NCBI GenBank assembly: GCA_024280935.1
Contig: JAJRPE010000175.1
Coordinates: 1-52,702 of the forward strand
Direction of reading: 5' to 3'
DNA: 52,702 nt
From: Candidatus Hydrogenedentota bacterium
Lineage (GTDB): Bacteria; Hydrogenedentota; Hydrogenedentia; Hydrogenedentales; JAEUWI01
Of the stretch, positions 25,726-35,621 are shown piece by piece (the stretch's first letter is position 1; every line of letters starts with the position of its first letter). A model generated the notes under the pieces. The model saw only the letters and a program-made list of their open reading frames with translations, was not told the origin of the DNA and did no database searches. The translations under genes and the position numbers were made by a program.

Positions 25726-27114
25726 ATGAGCGCATTGACGCCAAGAGAAATTGTCGAAGCCCTGGATAAACATATCGTAGGACAGCAGGAAGCCAAGAAA
25801 AAGGTTGCTATTGCGCTCAGAAATCGGTGGCGTCGCAAGCAACTCCCGGAAACGCTGCGCGAGGAAATCGCTCCGAAGAACATCATCATGATTGGCCCCA
25901 CTGGTGTGGGGAAGACGGAAATCGCACGGCGCTTGTCTAAATTGGCCGATGCGCCCTTTATTAAGGTGGAGGCCTCCAAGTTTACCGAGGTGGGCTATGT
26001 GGGCCGCGATTGCGAGTCCATGATCCGGGATTTAACGGAAGTGGGCATCAAGTTGGTCAAGGAGGAGATGCAGCGCGAGGTGGAGGAAGAGGCCCACGAG
26101 CTTGCAGAAAGGAAACTCCTCGATTTGTTGCTGCCGCCGCAGCCGACGGGACCGGAAAAAATATTTCGTCCCAGTGACCCAGCATCGGGCGACGAAGGCC
26201 CGGCCCGAAATACGGCGATTGATCCCGAGGCGCGGACGCGCGAAATCTTATTGAAGAAACTGCGGACCGGGGAATTGGATGAGCGTGAGGTGGAGGTGCG
26301 CGTTAAGGACTCAGGCAACACCTCGATGATGCAGGTATTCGGTGCGTCGGGCATGGAGGAGATGGGCGTAAACCTTCAAGAGATGATGGGCCGCATGATG
26401 CCCCCAAAGTCCAAGCAACGCAAGGTCAAGGTAAAAGAGGCCCGCAACATTCTGGAACAAGAGGCTGTCCAGGAACTTATCGACATGGATTCCGTGACAC
26501 CACTGGCCATTGACCGGGTGGAGAACTCCGGCATCGTCTTTCTCGATGAAATCGACAAAATCGTGGGGCGCGGGCAGCAGGGGCAAGGTCCCGATGTTTC
26601 CCGCGAAGGGGTGCAGCGTGACATCCTGCCCATTGTAGAGGGCAGCACCGTTATAACAAAGTATGGCCCCGTTCGCACCGACCACATCCTATTCATCGCG
26701 GCGGGGGCCTTTCATGTCGCCAAGGTTTCCGACATGATCCCAGAACTCCAAGGCCGCTTTCCCATTCGTGTCGAGTTGGACAATCTCGGCGCCGAAGACT
26801 TCAGCCGCATTTTGCGAGAGCCAGAGTGCTCCCTTCTCATGCAGTATGAGAACATGATGAAAACCGAGGGCGTTACCCTGACTTTTGAGGATGAGGCCAT
26901 CGATACCATCGCGGAGTACTGTCAACGTGTGAACGAAGAAACCGAGAATATCGGCGCACGGCGCTTGCACACCCTGATGGAAAACCTGCTGGAAGAAATC
27001 TCCTTTGACGCGCCTGACTGCCCTGGGAAAACTGTGGTCGTCGATGTGTCCATGGTAAAGGAGCGCCTCGCTGACAAGGTCGAAGACCAGGATCTTTCCA
27101 AATATATTTTGTAA
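25726..27114 (+). CDS. hslU: ATP-dependent protease ATPase subunit HslU
   Basis: [72 protein letters not shown]. Confidence 0.96.
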   Translation: MSALTPREIVEALDKHIVGQQEAKKKVAIALRNRWRRKQLPETLREEIAPKNIIMIGPTGVGKTEIARRLSKLADAPFIKVEASKFTEVGYVGRDCESMIRDLTEVGIKLVKEEMQREVEEEAHELAERKLLDLLLPPQPTGPEKIFRPSDPASGDEGPARNTAIDPEARTREILLKKLRTGELDEREVEVRVKDSGNTSMMQVFGASGMEEMGVNLQEMMGRMMPPKSKQRKVKVKEARNILEQEAVQELIDMDSVTPLAIDRVENSGIVFLDEIDKIVGRGQQGQGPDVSREGVQRDILPIVEGSTVITKYGPVRTDHILFIAAGAFHVAKVSDMIPELQGRFPIRVELDNLGAEDFSRILREPECSLLMQYENMMKTEGVTLTFEDEAIDTIAEYCQRVNEETENIGARRLHTLMENLLEEISFDAPDCPGKTVVVDVSMVKERLADKVEDQDLSKYIL

Positions 27115-27120
27115 CCGGAT

Positions 27121-27231
27121 GCTAAGCGTTCACGCCCTTCTGCTATTTTTATTTCACCTCGACACGACAAAATACGGCTACCGCACGGGCAAGGGCTATC
27201 GCCCCTTGTCCGTGGCACGCCTGACGCTTCC
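27121..27231. repeat. Shell-type element with A-variant hairpin cargo; left terminus GCTAAGCGTTCAC, right terminus degenerate
   Basis: gctaagcgttcacgccc ... gcacgggcaagggctatcgccccttgtccgtggcacgcc ... ctgacgcttcc. No TSD seen. Confidence 0.55.
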
Positions 27232-27330
27232 TTTTTTGCGTTGAGTACCCCAAAAAAAAAGGAGGCAAGCTGTGATGGTCACGTTTATAACGTCTCGACC
27301 CCCATTCCACCGGAAGCAGGAAATCTGAGC

Positions 27331-28032
27331 ATGTACCAGTTCCAGAGTCTTCTTGATGCGGGTGCCGTGGTTGCCGCAATGTCGGATGTGAACGATGGAG
27401 ACTGTGGCTGTGATGGTATCGACACCGGAGTTCGCAGTGACTTCTTAAACCAGGCAGGTGTTCCGCCCGAAGATCTTTTCACCCTGCACCAGGTACACGG
27501 CTGTCATATTCGGGTTGTAGATGGCAAGCAGATGGGGCAAGGTGCCCACTCTGTCGACGAGGTACTTGGGGATGGCGATGGCCTGATCACAATAGCGACT
27601 GGAATCCCCCTTGGTGTGACGGTGGCCGACTGCGTTCCAGTATTGCTCTTTGATCCAACGACACGGGCCGTTGCGGCCCTTCATGCTGGGCGCGATGGCA
27701 CAACAGCGGGCATTGCGTTGCGGGGACTGAACCTCTTGGTGTCTGAATTCGGTGTTAACCCCGCTGACGTGCATGGGGTGATTGGACCTTCCGCCGGGCC
27801 GTGCTGCTACGAAGTTTCGGAGGAAATTCGCTCACACTGCGTAAGCAAGGGGGTTATCGCCCGGGTAAATCACCTGGATCTTTGGGCAAGCAATTACATG
27901 CAACTCATGGATGGTGGTGTAAAAAGTGAAAATATTGAGGTGTCTGAGCGATGTACCATTTGCTCATCCGTCTTTTTTTCCTATCGTCGTCAACAGTCCG
28001 CATGTCGAAATATTGCCGTAATAATGGCATAG
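27331..28032 (+). CDS. pgeF: Peptidoglycan editing factor PgeF (YfiH/DUF152, laccase-domain protein)
   Basis: LHQVHG, GDGLIT, LGVTVADCVPVLLFD, AALHAGRDGT, GPSAGPCCYEV. AGGAA upstream of ATG 27331. Confidence 0.9.
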   Translation: MYQFQSLLDAGAVVAAMSDVNDGDCGCDGIDTGVRSDFLNQAGVPPEDLFTLHQVHGCHIRVVDGKQMGQGAHSVDEVLGDGDGLITIATGIPLGVTVADCVPVLLFDPTTRAVAALHAGRDGTTAGIALRGLNLLVSEFGVNPADVHGVIGPSAGPCCYEVSEEIRSHCVSKGVIARVNHLDLWASNYMQLMDGGVKSENIEVSERCTICSSVFFSYRRQQSACRNIAVIMA

Positions 28033-28094
28033 TTCGAGCATATTTTGGCAGGTCCGAAACCCTATGCGACCTGCATAAATCTATGCGTTTCTGA

Positions 28095-28124
28095 TTGCAC
28101 ATTAGTGCGATCTTATGTTAGAAT
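28095..28124 (+). promoter_or_regulatory. Candidate sigma-70 promoter of the rimP-nusA-infB operon
   Basis: TTGCAC (28095-28100), 18 nt, then TGtTAGAAT (extended -10, 28116-28124). Confidence 0.45.
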
Positions 28125-28154
28125 CCCCGTCGTTATACATTGCGACTTCGCCGT

Positions 28155-28181
28155 AAAGTGGGTCTTGACCCACTTTTTTTG
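28155..28181 (+). terminator. Intrinsic-terminator-like hairpin + U tract in the rimP-nusA-infB leader (candidate attenuator)
   Basis: aagtgggtc-tt-gacccactt followed by ttttttt. It lies between the candidate promoter and the rimP GTG at 28201. Confidence 0.6.
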
Positions 28182-28200
28182 TTAAGAGCCGAGGTGGAAG

Positions 28201-28659
28201 GTGAGTAAAGAAGAACTTATTCGACGTTTTTGGTCGGTATTTGAATCCGAGGTCGTCGAGCAAGGTTACGAGCTTGTTGATGTGGAGCTTACCGGTGTAG
28301 GCGGCGTGCGAATATTACGAATCTACATCGATAAAGAGACTGGCGGAATTGTCCATCAGGATTGTACCGCTGTCTCTCAGCTTCTTAACCCACTGCTGGA
28401 TGCGGACAACTTTATATCCGATAATTATATCTTGGAAGTTTCTTCGCCGGGGATAGATCGTCCGGTGCGGAAGCCCAAGGATTTCGAACGGTTTGCAGGG
28501 GAGTCGATCACCGTGACCACCCTTTCCCCGGTTTTGGGGCAGAAGGAATTCATCGGTGTTTTGCGCGGTTTTGGCGACGGACTCATACAGGTTGATTGCG
28601 AAGGAACGGTCTTCGAAATACATTTGGAGAATCTCCGAAAAGCCAATCTGAACCGTTAG
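28201..28659 (+). CDS. rimP: Ribosome maturation factor RimP
   Basis: GYELVDVEL...LRIYIDK..G....DC..VS......LD........Y.LEVSSPGIDRPL-type pattern. GTG start with AGGTGGAAG upstream. Confidence 0.9.
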   Translation: MSKEELIRRFWSVFESEVVEQGYELVDVELTGVGGVRILRIYIDKETGGIVHQDCTAVSQLLNPLLDADNFISDNYILEVSSPGIDRPVRKPKDFERFAGESITVTTLSPVLGQKEFIGVLRGFGDGLIQVDCEGTVFEIHLENLRKANLNR

Positions 28660-28680
28660 CAACCGATTAAGGAGAGTGCT

Positions 28681-29994
28681 TTGGACCAGAATTTACGCCT
28701 GATATTACAACAGATTGAAGCAGAAAAAAGCATTGATCGGGAGACACTGATCGAGGCGATTCGCAGTGCCATCGAGAGTGCTGCCCGAAAAGATGCGGGC
28801 AATGTGAGTAATATTACCGTAGATGTTGATCCAGACACCCTTGCTTTCAAGGTCTTCGAAATTAAGACCGTCATGGAAGAGGTGGAGGATTCCACGACTG
28901 AGATTTCGCTCAGCGATGCCTTGGCATTGAATGAGGCGGCGGTCGTCGGCAATCGATTAAAAATACAAACACATCCGAAAGGCTTTGGTCGTATTGCCGC
29001 GCAAACCGCAAAGCAAGTAATCATACAGAAAATTAAAGATGCCGAGCGGGACAATATCTACGATGAATACAAGGAACGCGAAGGTGAGCTAATCACGGGA
29101 AGCGTGAAGCGTCTCAGCCATGGCAATATCATCGTATCCATCGGCAAAGTCGAGGCGCTGATCCCCTACCGCGAGCAATCTCCCCGCGAGACCTACCGGC
29201 CTGGCGACCGAATTCGAGCCGTGCTGACCGAAGTAGAAAAGTCTTCCAAAGGTGCCCAGGTCATTCTTTCTCGCACGTCTCCTGAGTTGGTGCTCAGCTT
29301 GTTCGAGCTTGAAGTGCCGGAGCTCTATGACGAGACCATTGAGATTATGGCTATCGCACGGGAAGCGGGTAGCCGCACAAAGGTGGCGATACGCTCAAAT
29401 GACGTAAATGTAGACCCAGTGGGGGCCTGCGTTGGCATGAAGGGTTCGCGCGTGCGCTCGGTGGTGGAGGAGCTGTCGGGTGAAAAGATCGATATCGTTC
29501 GATGGAGCGACAATGTTTCCGAATTGTGCGCCAACGCCTTGAACCCGGCGGATATTATACAAATTCAGATGGACGAGGAGCAAGGGAACATTCAGGTCAT
29601 CGTTCCCCAAGACCAATTGTCGCTGGCTATCGGAAAACGTGGACAAAATGCCCGTTTGGCGTCTAAACTAATAGGCTGGAATATAGATATTCAGGGCGAA
29701 GCCGATGGTGAGGAAGAAGAAGTGGATGCCCTGTTTGAAGATAGCGACGACGTGGCGAACAGCGATGCTGGGGATGAGTCCACAGAGTCCGATAACACTG
29801 ACGACGTGGCGGAGTCCAATGCTGAGGATGAGTCCACGGAGTCCGATAACACCGACGAAGTAGCGGAATCCAATGCTGAGGATGAGTCCACAGAGTCCGA
29901 TGACACCGACGACGTGGCGGAGTCCGATACCGAGGGCGAGACCGCAGAGTCCGATGACACCAACAAAGTGACGGAGGGTGACGAGGCAAAATAA
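28681..29994 (+). CDS. nusA: Transcription termination/antitermination factor NusA with an acidic tandem-repeat C-terminal tail
   Basis: S1: GELITGSVKRLSHGNIIVSIGKVEALIPYREQ. KH1/KH2: VDPVGACVGMKGSRVRSVVEELSGEKIDIV and LSLAIGKRGQNARLASKLIGWNIDI. TTG start with AAGGAG upstream. Confidence 0.95.
   Translation: MDQNLRLILQQIEAEKSIDRETLIEAIRSAIESAARKDAGNVSNITVDVDPDTLAFKVFEIKTVMEEVEDSTTEISLSDALALNEAAVVGNRLKIQTHPKGFGRIAAQTAKQVIIQKIKDAERDNIYDEYKEREGELITGSVKRLSHGNIIVSIGKVEALIPYREQSPRETYRPGDRIRAVLTEVEKSSKGAQVILSRTSPELVLSLFELEVPELYDETIEIMAIAREAGSRTKVAIRSNDVNVDPVGACVGMKGSRVRSVVEELSGEKIDIVRWSDNVSELCANALNPADIIQIQMDEEQGNIQVIVPQDQLSLAIGKRGQNARLASKLIGWNIDIQGEADGEEEEVDALFEDSDDVANSDAGDESTESDNTDDVAESNAEDESTESDNTDEVAESNAEDESTESDDTDDVAESDTEGETAESDDTNKVTEGDEAK
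29741..29985 (+). repeat. 54-bp in-frame tandem repeat, about 4.5 copies (DESTESDNTDDVAESNAE units) within nusA
   Basis: Units at 29773-29826, 29827-29880 and 29881-29934, with partial units on both sides. Only a few substitutions between units. Confidence 0.9.
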
Positions 29995-30092
29995 GCCGAT
30001 ACTCGTCCCTGTTTAAATTAACAATAAAATGCCCCGTCATTATGCGTTGATGTCATCGCAGTACGGTGTAATATTCTGGAGGATCAGAAATT

Positions 30093-33056
30093 ATGCAAAC
30101 AGTTGCCAGCTTGGCAAAACGCCTGGATATGAGTGCAGACGACGCAGTGGAGACGCTGCGGAAGCTCAGTTTTGATATCGGTGGCGTCGAAACCAACATC
30201 GATGATGATCAGTGCGATCTTCTCATTGATGTTGATGAAGATCCGTCTGTACTCGACGGCCTCCTCCAGGAAATCAAGAAAAAAGAAGATATCGAGCGCA
30301 AGAAAGCGGAGCGCGTGGAGAAGGCGGAAGCCAAGAAAAAGGCGGCGGCGGCGAAGAAAAAGGCGGCGGCGGAGAAGAAGGCGGCGGCAGAAGCCAAGAA
30401 AGTGGAAGCGGAGGAGAAAAAGGCCGCCGCAGCAATCGCAAAAGCGAAGGCAGCGGAAGCAGAGTCCGAGGAGCCAAGGCCCGAGGAGCCAAGGCCCGAG
30501 GAGTCCCAAGCCGCCGTTCTTGCACCCGAGGAAGCGCCAGAGGCCACCGTTGTTGTCGTCGAAACAAGTCCCGATGTCGCGACGACGGCGGCGACGACTG
30601 AGGATTCGAGCGAAGCGGCGGAACCCACAGCCGAAACCCCCGAGCCGGATCCACCGGAAAAATCAGACGACGCTGAAAAAGAAGCGGATGCACCTGTTGA
30701 GATTCTGCCTCCTGCGGAACCCGATTCGGAAGCGGGCGAAGGTGGGAAAAGCCATCGTTCGGTCGAAGCGCCGGCCCATGAATCAACCATGGCTAAAGCT
30801 GAGATTCTTCAGGAGAAAGAGGAAGAGGAGCGCGCCAAGAAACCGGTCCGCCCTCTGGCAACGCCAGATCCGGATGTGGTCGCGGCAGTAATTCGCCGTG
30901 ACCAGGAAAAACGCCAGGGCCTTCTTCGGCCCAATCGCGGCGCAGCGGGCGGCCCTCGTGGCCGGGCTGGTGCTGGAGGTGCGGCAGGACCTCGTGGTGC
31001 GACAGGATCCCGTGGCCCAGCGGGGGCGGCAGGCCGATCAAAAAAACCACCGAGCATAGAAGAGGAAGCCAAGCGGAGTCAGCAATTCCGCAACGCACCC
31101 AAGAAAGCGGGTGTAGGTGTCGGCAAGGTAATTCGCAAGAAGCCCAAACGCACCGAGCGTGCCCGAGCTCTTGAGGGCAACCTTCGTCGCGACGCTGCGG
31201 CAGCCGTGCGGGAATTTCAGTCTGGCGGCGGAGGCGGGGGAAAGAAACGCCGCAAAAAGCGCCACTCCGATGTAGAAACGGCGGTTGTGGAGGAGGTGAT
31301 GGGCGGTACTATTGAAGTTGACGAGACCATGAGCGTGGAGCAGCTTGCCGAAGCCATGTCTTGTTCGGTAAACGATCTGATTCTGGACCTCATGGACGAC
31401 AACATGATGGTAAATAAGAACCAGAATCTCGACATGGAGGTTATTCGCAAACTCGCCGGGAAGCGTGAGTTTGAGGTAGTATCGATCATCCCCGAAGAAG
31501 ACGAAGCCCTGGCCGATGTGCCGGACGAACCCGCTGATCTTCTTTTGCGCCCGCCCGTCGTGACGATTATGGGTCATGTGGACCACGGCAAAACCTCTTT
31601 GCTCGATGTGGTTCGCAAGGCCAACGTGGCGGATGGCGAGGCCGGTGGCATCACGCAGCACATCGCTGCCTATGATGTGGAACTCGAAGCGGGTCGCATC
31701 GTCTTCCTCGATACGCCCGGTCACGAAGCCTTCACGCAAATGCGTTCCCGAGGTGCCAGCATCACCGATGTGGTTGTACTTGTGGTTGCCGCCGATGACG
31801 GCGTGAAGCCCCAGACCATTGAGGCCATCGACCACGCTAAAGCCGCCGAAGTTCCCATTGTTGTGGCTATCAATAAGTGCGATAAGCCCGATTCCCAGCC
31901 GGATCGCGTGCGCACCGAGCTGGCGAATTATGGCCTTCAGGACAGCAAGTGGGGCGGCGACACGACCATGATCAATGTGTCGGCCCATTCCGGCGAAGGC
32001 ATCGATGAGCTGATGGAGTTGCTTGCCCTTGAGTCGGAAATGCTCGAACTCAAGGCCAACCCCGACAAGAAAGCCCGTGGTGCCATCGTAGAAGCCGAAC
32101 TCTCCAAAGGCCATGGTCCTGTCGCGTGGGTTCTCGTCCAGAGCGGCACGTTGCGCGTCGGCGATATATTTCTCTCTGGCGAGACCTGTGGCCGCGTCCG
32201 GACGATGACGAATTCCAAGGGAAAACAGATAAAGGAGGCGGGGCCATCGACACCCGTTCTCGTCACAGGTTTTGATTCCGTTACCGATTCAGGCGAACAG
32301 TTCTACGCGCTCGAGGAGGAACGTGTTGCGCGGACTATAGCAGACAAACGTTCCGCGCTAAGCCGACACAAACGTGGCCGGGCGACTGCCAAACACATGA
32401 CCTTGGAAGATTTCCACGCCATGATGGAAGGGGTGGAACAGAAAACGCTGAATATTATCATCAAGGCGGACACGCAAGGTTCTGCGGACGTGCTGGTGTC
32501 CAGTTTTTCCAAATTGGGCAATGAAGAAGTTACGATCAATATTGTGCATTCTGGTGTGGGCGGCGTAAATGAATCCGATGTTTTGTTGGCTGGTGCAAGT
32601 GATGCCGTGGTCATCGGCTTCCACGTGACCGCAGCCGCCAAGGTCAAAACAATGGCCGAGGCCGAAGGTGTGGACATCCGCACCTACCTGATCATCTACG
32701 AAGCGATTGACGAGGTCCATCGTGCGCTTGAAGGCATGTTGACACCGGACTCGAAAGAGGTCATTGTTGGCCACGCGGAGATTCGCCAGGTCTTCCGTTC
32801 CTCAAAGTTCGGCAATATCGCCGGTTCCATCCAGCAGGATGGTGAAACGGTGCGTGGTGCAATGGCCCGCCTTGTTCGCGATGATGTGGTGATTTACACC
32901 GGCAGGATTGCGACGGTGCGACGGGAGAAGGACGAAGTCAAGTCGGTATCCACCGGCTTTGAGTGCGGCCTTAAACTCGAACGTTTCGACGATATTCAAG
33001 TGGGTGACATCATCGAGACCTATCGCGTTGAGAGTGTGGCCAAGACGCTCGCCTAG
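30093..33056 (+). CDS. infB: Translation initiation factor IF-2
   Basis: G domain [29 protein letters not shown]. The N-terminal 400 aa or so are low complexity (KKAAAE runs, [16 protein letters not shown] repeats). Confidence 0.97.
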   Translation: MQTVASLAKRLDMSADDAVETLRKLSFDIGGVETNIDDDQCDLLIDVDEDPSVLDGLLQEIKKKEDIERKKAERVEKAEAKKKAAAAKKKAAAEKKAAAEAKKVEAEEKKAAAAIAKAKAAEAESEEPRPEEPRPEESQAAVLAPEEAPEATVVVVETSPDVATTAATTEDSSEAAEPTAETPEPDPPEKSDDAEKEADAPVEILPPAEPDSEAGEGGKSHRSVEAPAHESTMAKAEILQEKEEEERAKKPVRPLATPDPDVVAAVIRRDQEKRQGLLRPNRGAAGGPRGRAGAGGAAGPRGATGSRGPAGAAGRSKKPPSIEEEAKRSQQFRNAPKKAGVGVGKVIRKKPKRTERARALEGNLRRDAAAAVREFQSGGGGGGKKRRKKRHSDVETAVVEEVMGGTIEVDETMSVEQLAEAMSCSVNDLILDLMDDNMMVNKNQNLDMEVIRKLAGKREFEVVSIIPEEDEALADVPDEPADLLLRPPVVTIMGHVDHGKTSLLDVVRKANVADGEAGGITQHIAAYDVELEAGRIVFLDTPGHEAFTQMRSRGASITDVVVLVVAADDGVKPQTIEAIDHAKAAEVPIVVAINKCDKPDSQPDRVRTELANYGLQDSKWGGDTTMINVSAHSGEGIDELMELLALESEMLELKANPDKKARGAIVEAELSKGHGPVAWVLVQSGTLRVGDIFLSGETCGRVRTMTNSKGKQIKEAGPSTPVLVTGFDSVTDSGEQFYALEEERVARTIADKRSALSRHKRGRATAKHMTLEDFHAMMEGVEQKTLNIIIKADTQGSADVLVSSFSKLGNEEVTINIVHSGVGGVNESDVLLAGASDAVVIGFHVTAAAKVKTMAEAEGVDIRTYLIIYEAIDEVHRALEGMLTPDSKEVIVGHAEIRQVFRSSKFGNIAGSIQQDGETVRGAMARLVRDDVVIYTGRIATVRREKDEVKSVSTGFECGLKLERFDDIQVGDIIETYRVESVAKTLA

Positions 33057-33068
33057 CGCAATTACCCT

Positions 33069-33350
33069 ATGACGATTGGAATCCTGCACATTGACTTCCT
33101 TATTGATGGTGCCCGCTCACTGAAAGACAAGCGGCGTGTTGTCAAGAGTCTGAAGGATCAAGTGCGTAGCCGTTACAACTGTGCTGTAGCGGAAACAGAG
33201 TATCAGGATCTCAGGCAACGGGCACGTCTTACGGCCGTTGTGGTATCCAACGAATCTCGGCACGCCAATAGTCAAGTGAGTGAAATAGCCCGTTTTATTG
33301 AAACCAGGATTGGCGGTAGTATCGTCGATTATCAGATAGAGTTATTATGA
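33069..33350 (+). CDS. DUF503 (YlxP-like) protein
   Basis: IGILHIDFLIDGARSLKDKRRVVKSLKDQVRSRYN.AVAE. Conserved position between infB and rbfA. Confidence 0.85.
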   Translation: MTIGILHIDFLIDGARSLKDKRRVVKSLKDQVRSRYNCAVAETEYQDLRQRARLTAVVVSNESRHANSQVSEIARFIETRIGGSIVDYQIELL

Positions 33351-34690
33351 GTACAAAAGGACGCGGACAGCGGGTAGGCGAACTCCTGCGGCAAGAAATT
33401 GCGGGAATGCTTACAAAGGGTCTCAAAGATCCGAGAATCGGATTTGTATCGGTTATGAGCGTGGAGATGTCCAAGGATCTCCACTATGCGACGGTAAACG
33501 TCAGCCTCTATGGCTCCGAAAAGGAGCGAAAGAGTTCACTTATCGCGCTACAGAATTCTGCGGGATGGGTCCGTCGAGAGATTGGCAGGAACGTGCGGCT
33601 TCGTTTTACGCCGGAGATTCGATTCAGGACGGACGGCACCTTGGACAACGTGTATGCGTTGGAGAAAGTATTCGACGAGATACGCGAGGAGCGCGAAGGG
33701 GGCTCCATGATTCGCATTGGCCTGCCTGCGGTATTGGAAGAGTTGAAATCCTCCAATTCCTTCTTGATTACGAGCCATGTCAGCCCGGACGGCGATGCGG
33801 TAGGCAGCATGCTGGCCCTTCGCCATTTTCTGGTCGCCTTGGGAAAACACGACATCACCTGCATGTTGTCGGATCCTATCCCCAAGGTCTACACGACGCT
33901 CCCGGGTGCTTCCGACATCAAAGCGCCCTCGGACAAGATACCGGACTACGACTTGGCCGTTGTCGTGGATGTCGCCCGCTTTGATCGTGTCGGGGATGTC
34001 GCGCAACATATCCCGGCAGACAAGAAAATTCTGATCATCGACCATCATCTGGAAGAAAACCCCGATGGAACGTCGGGATTTATCGATGCCAGTTATGCGG
34101 CCACCGGCGAAATCATTGTCGAACTATTTAACGAGGCGGCAAAGTCCATGTCGCCCGAAGCTGCCCGCTGTGCCTATGTGGCGCAGGTTACCGATACGGG
34201 CGGCTACCGCTATTCCAACACCAATGCGCGTTCTCATCGAATCGCGGCAATCTTGCTCGATGCCGGGGTCGAACACGCCGAGATTTGCGCAGATGTCTTC
34301 GAGTGTACTTCCCGCGCCAAGATATTGCTCCTGCGCCTCATGCTGGATCGGATGACCTTTCGCTGCGACGGGCGCATCGCGACCTCCTATGTTTCTACCA
34401 AAGACGTGGAAGAAGCGGGTGGCAAAAAAGAAGACTTAAACGGTCTTGTGAATTTTCTCCGGAATATAGAAGGCGTGGTCGCGGGCATTCTCTTCAACGG
34501 TGTTGACGGATCGATTACTAAGGCCAGTGTCCGCTCCGACAAAACCTTCAATGCCGCAGAGTTCCTGAAGGAGTTCGGTGGCGGCGGTCATGCGGCGGCG
34601 GCGGGGGTGACAATAGAAGAACCGCTGAAGTCGGTGATGGAGCGTGTCCTCACGCGGATGGATACCTGCGTTGGAGCAGAGAAGGCATGA
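33347..34690 (+). CDS. rbfA: Fusion protein: ribosome-binding factor A (N-terminal, about 115 aa) + DHH/DHHA1 phosphoesterase of NrnA type (C-terminal, about 325 aa)
   Basis: RbfA part: RVGELLRQEIAGMLTKGLKDPRIGFVSVMSVEMSKDLHYATVNVS...RFTPEIRFRTD. NrnA part: ITSHVSPDGDAVGS, IIDHH, TDTGGYRYSNT, GGGGHAAAAG. There is no stop between them. ATGA overlaps occur at both gene ends. Confidence 0.9.
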   Translation: MSTKGRGQRVGELLRQEIAGMLTKGLKDPRIGFVSVMSVEMSKDLHYATVNVSLYGSEKERKSSLIALQNSAGWVRREIGRNVRLRFTPEIRFRTDGTLDNVYALEKVFDEIREEREGGSMIRIGLPAVLEELKSSNSFLITSHVSPDGDAVGSMLALRHFLVALGKHDITCMLSDPIPKVYTTLPGASDIKAPSDKIPDYDLAVVVDVARFDRVGDVAQHIPADKKILIIDHHLEENPDGTSGFIDASYAATGEIIVELFNEAAKSMSPEAARCAYVAQVTDTGGYRYSNTNARSHRIAAILLDAGVEHAEICADVFECTSRAKILLLRLMLDRMTFRCDGRIATSYVSTKDVEEAGGKKEDLNGLVNFLRNIEGVVAGILFNGVDGSITKASVRSDKTFNAAEFLKEFGGGGHAAAAGVTIEEPLKSVMERVLTRMDTCVGAEKA

Positions 34691-35586
34691 ATGGGATTCT
34701 GCTGGTCGATAAGCCCACGGGCATGACTTCTCACGATGTCGTCGACAAGGTGCGGAAAGCCGCGAAGATGCGCAAAATCGGGCATACGGGAACGCTGGAT
34801 CCCGCCGCGACCGGCCTGCTCGTTCTTTGTCTTGGAGCGGCAACCCGTCTCTCCGAACATTTTACCGCGTTGGGCAAGGTCTATGAAGGAACCATGCGCC
34901 TTGGCCTTTCGACCACCAGCTATGATCTGCAAGGCGAAGTGGTTTCGGAACGCGAAGTGCCCGACCTTGATCGCGCTGCCATCCAAGCACGCTGCGATGC
35001 CTTCCTAGGGGCCATTGAACAAATCCCGCCCATGGTGAGCGCCGTCAGGATTGGGGGGGAGCGACTCTACAAGAAAGCCCGAAAAGGTGAAGTCATCGAA
35101 CGCCCGCCGCGCCCCGTGCAGGTAGACCGCTTCGAGGTTCTTTCCTACGAAGCACCCGATGCCGTGGTCTCCGTGGCCTGTTCCAGCGGCACCTATGTGC
35201 GAAGTCTTTGCCACGACGTGGGCGAGGCCCTCGAATGTGGTGCCGTATTGGCCTCGTTGCGCCGTCTTTCCGTGGGCAAGCACCACGTGGATAATGCGGC
35301 CACCCTCGAAGAACTCACGGGACCAGACGCTGTTTCGGAGCGTCTTTTGCCCATGGGAAGCGCCTTGGAGTTGCCCGTTGGCATCGTGAACCCGGATGCA
35401 CTCCCCATACTCGCGAATGGCGGCACACTCTCCAGTGGAAACCTGGTGGAGGGGTGCCCGATCACATCGGGATGGCTTCAACTCAAGAACTCCGAGGGCG
35501 AACTGCTGGCCCTGGCTCAAGTGGAGTCCACGCCCGTAGAGGCCTTTGTGCATCCGAAGCGCGTGTTTTACACAGGGCGGGATTAG
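34687..35586 (+). CDS. truB: tRNA pseudouridine(55) synthase
   Basis: GILLVDKPTGMTSHDVVDKVRK....KIGHTGTLDPAATGLLVLCLGAATRL. Confidence 0.95.
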   Translation: MNGILLVDKPTGMTSHDVVDKVRKAAKMRKIGHTGTLDPAATGLLVLCLGAATRLSEHFTALGKVYEGTMRLGLSTTSYDLQGEVVSEREVPDLDRAAIQARCDAFLGAIEQIPPMVSAVRIGGERLYKKARKGEVIERPPRPVQVDRFEVLSYEAPDAVVSVACSSGTYVRSLCHDVGEALECGAVLASLRRLSVGKHHVDNAATLEELTGPDAVSERLLPMGSALELPVGIVNPDALPILANGGTLSSGNLVEGCPITSGWLQLKNSEGELLALAQVESTPVEAFVHPKRVFYTGRD

Positions 35587-35621
35587 TCCGGCGTTGGCAG
35601 GGGTAAATTGGCGGAGCAACG

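Noticed and set aside
30133-30891. Alternative-frame ORFs (30133-30891 +, 30209-30790 -, 30274-30786 -) in the 5' part of infB
   Set aside because: They are artefacts of the low-complexity GC/GA-rich IF-2 N-terminal coding region. The IF-2 frame is continuous into the conserved G domain.
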